This document shows, piece by piece, positions 55,257-64,000 of a stretch of 64,000 nucleotides of DNA (position 1 is the first letter of the stretch; each line of letters begins with the position of its first letter). The notes under the pieces are model-generated. The model was not told where the DNA came from. It saw only the letters and a list, made by a program, of their open reading frames with translations, and ran no database searches. Position numbers and translations under genes: made by a program. The stretch comes from Octopus vulgaris (lineage: Eukaryota), in contig OX597831.1 in assembly GCA_951406725.2 (NCBI GenBank), positions 20,522,001 through 20,586,000 of the forward strand, given 5' to 3'.

Positions 55257-55745
55257 CATGCGTATGTTACTGCGAATAAGTACTTGCTGTTTTTAATACA
55301 TATTTTATATGCATTGAGTAATAATCCATCCCGTAATTTACCACAGATTTGTATTCTATCGTCTTGATGATAAGAATTTTTGAGTAAGTACATTAATATA
55401 AGACAGACTGTTACATAAACCTACGTGTGTTAGCGGAGAGAGACAGACACAGGCTGAAGCAGTAAGTAGACGCCTGCTAGCCAGAGAAATATATAGATAT
55501 ACAGATTAGTTAGATTCAATACATATTTAAGTAAAGAGTTATATTTCATAATGTCTATGTAGTTACTGTCATAAGTATATGGTTACCGTAAAGACTTAAC
55601 ACCGATCGTGTACATAAAGTCTCGACTTAACAATCTATGTACGAACACATACACACTCCTACATACATGTATGCACACACACACACACACACACATACAC
55701 ACACACACACAGCCATATATATTTTATTATTACTATTATTATTAC

Positions 55746-55935
55746 GGCTAGCTGGCAAAGTCGTTAGCGTGCCGGATAAAATGATTAGCGGCATTTCGGT
55801 CGTTATATCACCGAGGTCGATTACGCCTTTCGTTATTTCGAGATCGTTGAAAGAAGTGCCAGCTGAACGCAGGGGTCAATGTAATCGATTTACTTTCTCC
55901 TCACAAATTGTTGCACTTGTGGCAAAATTTGAAAC
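55746..55935 (+). mobile_element. SINE family D, diverged
   Basis: AGCTGGCAAAGTCGTTAGCGTGCCGG...GAGGTCGATTACGCCTTTC. Confidence 0.65.
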
Positions 55936-55989
55936 CATTATTATTCTTATCCCTTCGTAACACAGTGATGGTAAAAATGCAGCGTCTGT

Positions 55990-56750
55990 CAAGTCACAAC
56001 AAATAATACTTTCCTTAAGATGTACGCTGTGCCCAATCAGGCTGCTTTTTGCAAGACATGAATCTTGCATGGGAATTCCAGTTGCCTTAAGAAGTTTTGA
56101 AGTTTCAATAGGAATGAGCTCCGATCACCACTGGTATCACTTTTACATTACCCTCTCATATTCCATACAGTCTTGCTATTTCCACTTTCAATTTGGAGTA
56201 CTTGGTGATTTCTTTCGACCTCTTTACTCACAACATTCATGTCTTTTGGTATGGCTACATCAATAATCTGACAGTATGTGTCTCTCTTATTCAATATGAA
56301 AATATCTGGCCGACGGTGTTCGATTAACCGATTCGTTTGAAAATCATAGTCCTAGAGTATCGTTACTTTTCCATCCTCCTGCATAACTTTACTTGGTACA
56401 TGCTCATACCAGTTCTCTGTTACTTCATATTGGCATTTATGGGATAAAAGCCAATGAAGACACACACACACTCTTTATCATGGCAGTGCTTGTATTCTAT
56501 TTGTGCAAGGCTCTCACTTCCACTTACCAAGTGGGTCACATTTTCCACACTCTTTCCACAGAGTCTGCATTTCTGGCTGCTAGAAGTCTTATAGATACTA
56601 TACTTCACTGAATTGGTAGCGAGAGCTTGATGTTGTGCAGTAATGATCAGGCTTTCAGTGGTACGCTTCAAATCACCTCGCCCAAGCCATGCCCACGATG
56701 CTGTATTATCCTTGTGTATTTCTTTCAAACTGTGTATTTGTTTGAGCACA
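55990..56750 (-). mobile_element. R4/Dong-clade LINE 3' relic (finger + restriction-like endonuclease)
   Basis: SWAWLGRGDLKRTTESLIITAQHQAL, KCRLCGKSVENVTHLVSG, IEHRRPDIF, IIDVAIP, LQKAALIGTAYILRKVL. Confidence 0.88.
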
Positions 56751-56917
56751 AACTGTTAAACCCCACCAAAAATGTTTTTCCTCTCTGACTCCCACCAAAA
56801 TTCTTTCTAATATTTCTAATATTTGATAAGATGAATACACCGAAAGCGGTAATATTTTATTAAACATTCTCTAAAACATACTTCTGTGCCTTTACCAACT
56901 GTATTTACTTTTCTTAA

Positions 56918-56987
<70 letters not shown>

Positions 56988-56991
<4 letters not shown>

Positions 56992-57176
56992 TGTATATTT
57001 AAATACATAAGAGGTATCCATCTGAAATCATTGGTCCAGGAGTTAGATGGTAAATGTTTTAATTTTTCATTCCCTTCGAAATTTTATCCCCAAGAGTTGT
57101 TTAGAATTTAACTGTCCCCTCTAGCGTGCAAGGATTCCTATGATGGATACCTCTTATGTGTTTAAATGTATACTGT
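56988..57176. repeat. Short fold-back element with 35-bp inverted ends abutting (TA)n
   Basis: ACAGTGTATATTTAAATACATAAGAGGTATCCATC (56988-57022) versus GATGGATACCTCTTATGTGTTTAAATGTATACTGT (57142-57176), 3 mismatches. Confidence 0.8.
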
Positions 57177-57696
57177 ATTTATATGAATAATATATAGTTT
57201 ATTGACTAAATTTCTACACGCTAGGCCACCGATAATAGAAATTTCTAATATATCAGATTACCCTTTGATATCATATATATATATATATGAATATTTCCGG
57301 GTGCTGTCGCATAATTATAAATTTTAGAATTAAGTGAACATTCTCCGATTTGGTATAGTAAGTTTTAACACTGAATCCGAATTGCTTCAGATGGTTAGAA
57401 TTGTATAATGTCAACTCAGTTAGAAAACAGGAATCGGAAACCGCACATTTTCTGTCTGATAGGTCTCTGTCACAAAATCTTAGGTAGAAATAGGCTCCTA
57501 CCAGAATGAAGCTCATGTCATTGAAGATCAATCTGGCTTGAGAGATGATGTGAAGTTTCTGTTCCATTTAACCTCTGCTTTCAGGTTCTTCCATAAAAAC
57601 GGAGACCTACTTTTCATCAAATTTTAGAAAATTCCGAACATCAGTAATGCCAGATGGAATTCGTGAATAATCTTAGCCCTTCTTGCATTTTTCCTC

Positions 57697-58014
57697 ATGT
57701 CACATATGAGAGAAAGATTGCAGATGGTCTGCCAGTTCAACTTATATGACTGGGCGGAATACTGGCTCAGTGACCAAATGTATAGAGCTGAAGATTATGC
57801 AGAGCTATCGCAAGGCTTACTACACTACAAGACTGCTTTGAAATACTTGACAAATCACTGGAAACAAGAGCTATCAAAACTAAACATCAGCAGAAGCAAT
57901 CAATGCAATGAGCGAGCAATTAGAATCATGCAAGAACTACATGCCACATGCAAGAACAAAGCCAACATGCCATTGCGATTCATTCTCTCAAATGACTTAC
58001 CGCAACTAATTTGA
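57697..58014 (+). pseudogene. DNA transposase fragment (hATm-like motifs), internally deleted
   Basis: YRAEDYAEL and SNQCNERAIRIMQE resemble the RxDYxEL and NDxAERxxKL motifs of hAT-related transposases. Confidence 0.45.
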
Positions 58015-58435
58015 CTTTGTATGTATGACTTACCTTCTTTTTATTGTTCTGGAATGCAAAATAGAATTCTTTTAACAGTTGTGGATTAAACGTTTTGGAT
58101 CTTTTCCCCTTTCTTTTGTGTATTACCCAACCGTGGTTATAATTTTTCGAAATCTACCCAAATGCAACCGAGTATAAATAGATGAACTTTTTTGATCAAA
58201 TGAAAAAAAAAAGCACATTGATTTTCATTGTTTTCTCGCCAATGCTCATCAGAATATGATGCAAACAAGTTGTATCCTTGTATATATACATATATACATA
58301 CAAACATACATATACACATGAAAACATACACACATACATGCATGCAGACATGAATATATAGATGCATGCATGCATACATATATACATACATACATATATA
58401 TACATAAATAACACATGCATATAGGGACTTTCGCG

Positions 58436-58456
<21 letters not shown>

Positions 58457-58469
<13 letters not shown>

Positions 58470-58794
58470 TTAGAGACAAAACCACTATTTTGCAAAACAA
58501 ACAAGGCAAGACTTAATCAATACATAAAATTTTAATAAAAGTCAAAAAAACCCCCACTCCAATTGTTTCTTATCCGGATCGACAATCTTCTGGTGGACTA
58601 CCAATCAGTCAGTTTCAAATTATGAAGTCCTTTGAAACTGACTTATTGGAAGTCCACCTGAAGATTGTCGATCAGGACAAGAAACAATTGTAGTGGCGGT
58701 TTTTTTGACTTTTTATTAAAATTTTATGTATTGATTAAGTCTTGCCTTGTTTGTTTTGCAAAATAGTGGTTTTGTCTCTAATTAATATTATATA
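58457..58794. repeat. Long palindrome (about 163-bp arms, 11-nt loop) of a PLE pLTR-like unit in (TA)n
   Basis: Arms 58457-58619 and 58631-58794; 7 substitutions and 1 indel, outer about 80 bp identical. Confidence 0.95.
58654..58696 (+). ncRNA. Minimal type-I hammerhead ribozyme, intact
   Basis: CCAC-CTGAAGA-TTGTC-GATCAG-GACAA-GAAAC-AATT-GTA/GTGG; perfect stems I and II, palindromic stem III, predicted cleavage after A58692. Confidence 0.85.
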
Positions 58795-59274
58795 ATATTT
58801 TACTATAAAATTGGATTTAATCCTAAATCTGATTTTTCCCTGTAAATTTGGATTTATTCCCTAATATTTATATATATATATATATATATAGATATGTGAA
58901 ATTTATGTGTGTATATGTGTGTATATTAAGTCAACAAAATAATCGGGAATTAGTTCTATGCCATAATTGATATCAATTAGAAACAGGATATTTAAAATTA
59001 TAAAAATAATTAAATTTTAACTTCCATTACATCAATGCAATTATAAAACCAGCATTTGTATCTAACCGTGGTTGCTTTTTAATCTATTTTCAATTATGCA
59101 CACACGAGCACACAAACATGAACACTTACAAATGCACACACAGAGGCACTCACACACACGCGCACACATACATACAAACACACACACACACACACACACA
59201 CATACGCATACACACAGGTGTCACTGTTTTTAAAATATGAATACCTGTATGTATGTTTCATGCGTTAGATATTC

Positions 59275-59545
59275 TTCTACTTAATCCCTTTTTCCCCTTG
59301 TGGAGCATAGGGCCTCAACAGTTGTTTTTTCACTTTTTGCAGTCATTGGCGTGTTTCTTGGCTGCTTCCCATGTCAGGCCGGTGGTCCTGAGCTCGTCCA
59401 AAATGCTCCGCTTCCATGTCTGCTTCGGGCGTCCTCGCTTCCTTTTCCCCTACGGGTTCCAGTCAAATGCTTGTCGTGTCACATTTGAGGGTTTTTCTGC
59501 AGTGTGTGTCCGATCCATCTCCTTTTCCTTTGTCTAATCTGAACA
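59275..59545 (-). mobile_element. RTE-clade LINE 3' end
   Basis: RKRRWIGHTLQK...WNP.GKRKRGRPKQTWKRSILDEL...VEALCST, followed by an AGTAGAAGAAT tail. Confidence 0.85.
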
Positions 59546-59621
59546 TGTATAAGCTCCTGTTTGGCCTAGGAGCCCATTCATGTTCGGATATAAGCGTTAG
59601 ATATAACAGTGTTAGATACTG

Positions 59622-60109
59622 TGACCTCCTTCGGTCATGAATGACCATGGGATTGCACCTAGAAAGTTACCCTCTGAAGTACAAGTCTGGGCAAGGTTGT
59701 TTATAGAAGACCAGCTGTCGCCCACGCATACCAGCCTCCCCTCTTCACGCCACTGATGTTATTCAAGGGAAAGGCAAAGGCCGATACAGCTCATTTATTA
59801 ACGTGCAAGTGGCAGAGCACTCCACTGACATGTGTACCCTTAACGTAGTTCTCGGGGAGATTCAGTGTGACACAGAGTGCGACAAGGCTGGTCCTTTGAA
59901 ATACAGGTACAAAAGAAACAGGAAGAAAGAGAGAGAGAAAGTTGTGGTGAAAGAGTACAGCAGGGTTCACCACCATCCCCTGTCGGAGCCTCGTGGAGCT
60001 TTAGGTGTTTTGGCTCAATGTACACTCACAATGTCCGATCTGGGAATCGAAACCGCGGTCCTACGACCGCGAGTCCGCTGCTCTAACCACTGGGCCATTG
60101 CGCCCCCAC
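59622..60109 (-). mobile_element. Chimeric SINE (family B head/body + tail type 3) flanked by about 25-bp TSD
   Basis: Junction at about 59790; AGCGTTAGATATA(A)CAG(T/C)GTTAGATA at 59593-59618 and 60113-60137. Confidence 0.8.
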
Positions 60110-60320
60110 AAGAGCGTTAGATATACAGCGTTAGATATAAGAGAACTCAAAGAACAAAGCGAGTTATAAATATGGTAATTTCGAGGCATGTAAATATATA
60201 TGAGAACGCTAATGTGGCTGGAATGACTTCAATATGTATTTTAGAAAGTTACTTTGTCAAGCTACTTTAAGAAACGTGCAATTTGTGATTAGAGTAGTTC
60301 CCGACGATTCAAGGGGGGTG

Positions 60321-60535
60321 GGGGGTGCTGAAAAGTTCCCAGCTTTGGGTAAAAGAAAATACAAGAGGATTAGTTAATCATTATGTTTTCCAACGTATTC
60401 CCCTCTCAGATTCACACATTTGGTGCAGTGGTCCTTCAGTTTTTCTAAGTGCTGTAAAAGAACTCGGAAGTTTGGGCCTCCAACCAGGTCTTTTGGGATA
60501 CCCTCAAAGCCGAGAACATTTTAGTACCCCTCGGA
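60321..60535. mobile_element. mariner-derived MITE
   Basis: Imperfect TIRs GGGGTGCTGAAAAGTTCCCAGCTTTG / CAAAGCCGAGAACATTTTAGTACCCC. Confidence 0.7.
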
Positions 60536-61034
60536 TATGAATGGTTCCGGTAACTCCATAAGGTTAATCTATCAGACCGTAGAAAGCAGAAGAGGTTCGC
60601 AAAAACAAAAATTTAGCGGGTGTTTCTGTAGAACGATGTAGAATGAAACATGAATAGGACTATCATACACATTTTATTTCGTACATTGAGATTCACGCGA
60701 GAGCTAAAAAATAATATTAATTAAATCATACTTCTATACAAATTTCTACGTGGTAGAACTCAATGAGAGTGGGGGGAATGATATTAATATATTCATAGAA
60801 ACACAGAGGGACAGAGAGAGAGAGAGAGAGAGAGAAAAATTACAACGATAGAAAGATACATAGATATAAACACGCATTAATACATACACCTGTATATGTA
60901 ATATGGCTATGCGTACCTATAACTGCATATAATTATGTCTATATTATATATATGCATATAAATACATTACATGTATATATCTTTATGTGTCTGTTAGTAT
61001 GTGTTTTATATATTATAGCATATCTATCTATATT

Positions 61035-61158
<124 letters not shown>

Positions 61159-61169
61159 AAAAAAAGAAA

Positions 61170-61520
61170 TATAACATGTGACTTCATTGACCGAGGTTAC
61201 CGTGGTCTTTTCCGTAGGCTTTTCTTTCCACGGGTAAACCTCACCTGTCCTCCCCTTTACACTTCATATTGACATTTCTGTGATAACGATCCCTATTGAT
61301 CAATTTTTTTCCTCTCCCCCTTTTTTAACCCCCCCTTTTTTTGTCCTCTTTCTCTCCTTTTACGATCCCTTTTGATCGACCCCCCTTTTTTATTTTATTT
61401 TTATTTTATTTTTTATTTTTTTTATTTTTTATTTTTTTAATTTTTTAAACCTTCAAAAGAAAAGCTCTACCTTGTAATTTGTTCTATCTGTGTGCAGCCC
61501 TGTGTGGCTAATAAAGAAAC
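61170..61520 (+). mobile_element. Putative LINE 3' UTR inserted in (TATC)n
   Basis: Pyrimidine-rich tract ending TGTGTGCAGCCCTGTGTGGCTAATAAAGAAA, flanked on both sides by (TATC)n; end resembles the SINE D tail. Confidence 0.5.
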
Positions 61521-61521
61521 A

Positions 61522-61575
<54 letters not shown>

Positions 61576-61624
61576 CCTACCTATTTATTTATTTATCTAT
61601 TTATTTATCTATCTACCTACCTAT

Positions 61625-61685
<61 letters not shown>

Positions 61686-61686
61686 A

Positions 61687-61729
<43 letters not shown>

Positions 61730-62629
61730 CGTTCCCTATATAGGAACTAGTATAAATGTAGAGAGCTTTTCACTTACCCACAGGCTTTCATATTCTTTGC
61801 TTTCTTATTTTTCGAATAGCATTGACGAAACAGGAAGCATGAATTTTCGATGTATATTCACAAACGGACTATACTACTGTGTTCATATTTCATCTGCAAT
61901 GTCACTGCGTACGCAGTTTTGGTTCATATAAGAAAGCATTACTTAAGATATATGTGCATGTGTGCGTTTGTGTGTTTGTGTGTATGTATGTGCGTGTGCG
62001 TGTGTGTGTGCGTATGTGTATGTGTCTGTGTGTGTATGTGTGCGTGTGTATGTCTGTGTGTGGAAGTCTAAAAGAATATGTAGATACATGTGTGTGTATA
62101 ATCCTTCTCACTCTCTATATATATGTTACAGTATGCATATTTACTATAAAGATTGCATTCGTTAATACGTAATATGTATGATTGTGTGTATTGTACACAT
62201 ATGTATGCCTGTATATCTATGCATGTACATGTATGTTTATATGTATTTGCGCTAAGTGTCTATACATACATACATACATGTATATATACATAATAGCATA
62301 AATGTGGGTTTATATGCACTCAGACACAGACACGCACACACACGCAGGAGACAACCACACCAACTCAGACACTCACACACACGTACAAATATATATATAT
62401 ATATATGTATAATGTATATATACTCATACATACAAAGCCATACATGTGAAATTCACGCGTGTGTATTACGTCTACAGAACAATCAGGAATTATTTCAATG
62501 CCATAATTAATGTTAATTAAAGGTAAATTATTTTCATGTGATAAAAATAATATATCTAATTAAATCAATTAGATTTCTAAACGAAAATACGTATCTAAGT
62601 CAGTTTGTGGTTAACACTTCGCTCGAAGA

Positions 62630-62715
62630 TATATACATATATATATACATTTATACGTGCATGTATGTATGTATGTATGTATGTATGTATGTATGTATGT
62701 ATGTATGTATGTATG

Positions 62716-62770
<55 letters not shown>

Positions 62771-62865
62771 ATACAAAGGGAGGGAACTGTGCATTCATAA
62801 GTGTGTAACGTAGTATGTATATATATGTGTATAGGCATGCACATGCACAGAACAATCCGTTCGTG

Positions 62866-62936
<71 letters not shown>

Positions 62937-63006
62937 ATATATATATATATATTTATACATATATATATATATATACATTATCTATCTATCTCTCTCTCTA
63001 TCTATC

Positions 63007-63045
<39 letters not shown>

Positions 63046-63772
63046 CTCTCTCTCTCTCTCTATGTATGTATGTATCTATCTATATTTATATATCTGTTTG
63101 TCTGTCTGTATGTCTGTCTCTCTGTCTAGTTGTCTGTTTATCTCTCCATTTCTCTCTCTCTCTCTCGCTGTGTCTCTGTCTCTCCCTCTCTTTGTATATA
63201 TATATTTATATGTATATTTATATGCATTTATGAATGAACCAAAGTACGTACATTTAAAGCATTCTTTTTGAAGTGAATAATGTCAAGATAAATGGGTAAT
63301 TAGTTGGATGTCTATTAAATTCATCCGACTGATAAAATGGTGTTTTAAATGAGTTTTTGTAGCAATGCTTTATGTAATATTCTTTTACTTCCCGGTAACG
63401 CATACTTATGTTTCTATGTACGTAATATTTGTGCCACCAAACATATACTTACAGAAACACACACGCATGCACCCCCCGCACACATTGACAAGCTCACACT
63501 GACAAACACACACATATATATATATGCAAGCCTATATACACGCATACACACATTCACCTCTCTCTCTCTTCCTCTCTCTCTCCTTCTCTCTCTCTTTCTC
63601 CTTCTCTCTCTCTCTCTATATATATATCCATCCACTACCTCATGTATACCACCATGCATATATCCATACATATATATGTATACATGTGTATACATGTATA
63701 AAATATATATTCATACTAACTTATGCAGACGTACGTATAAGTATATATATACATACGCGCACACACACACAC

Positions 63773-63815
<43 letters not shown>

Positions 63816-63930
63816 TATATATATGTATATGTATATACATATATTTATAAATATATATATATATGTATATATATAAATATGTATATATATGTATATATAT
63901 ATATATGTATATATTTATATACATATACAT

Positions 63931-63972
<42 letters not shown>

Positions 63973-64000
63973 GTATATATATATGTATGTATATATATAT
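62630..64000. repeat. Dense microsatellite field (TATG, TA, TATC, CT, CA)
   Basis: Seen directly. Confidence 0.9.

Noticed and set aside
58205-58262. Minus-strand CTGATGAG-CATTG...CAATG-AAAA hammerhead-like string
   Set aside because: No stem III, and GAAA overlaps stem II; more likely a DNA-transposon subterminal sequence.

Overview
AT-rich eukaryotic non-genic DNA (intergenic or deep intronic), saturated with microsatellites and transposable-element debris. The SINE families and microsatellite load suggest an octopod cephalopod (Octopus-like); this is inference. No intact host protein-coding gene is supported, and nearly all listed ORFs are microsatellite read-throughs or TE relics. Recognisable content: several tRNA-derived SINE families (CORE-like, tRNA-Arg-headed, Meta-domain) with swapped heads and tails; relics of R4/Dong, RTE and CR1/L2-type LINEs; a Gypsy LTR with PBS and integrase; hAT, mariner, maT-like and pogo-like DNA transposons; a non-autonomous Helitron; and Penelope-like element (PLE) RT and GIY-YIG fragments. 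The strongest unannotated signal is about a dozen minimal type-I hammerhead ribozyme (HHR) motifs. Two appear intact (52370-52430 minus, 58654-58696 plus). Most lie in short non-coding elements embedded in (TA)n tracts, several of them fold-backs, and one lies directly 3' of a PLE GIY-YIG endonuclease. Together these suggest a PLE-derived, retrozyme-like system of small ribozyme-bearing retroelements. All folds and alignments were done by eye, and element boundaries are approximate.
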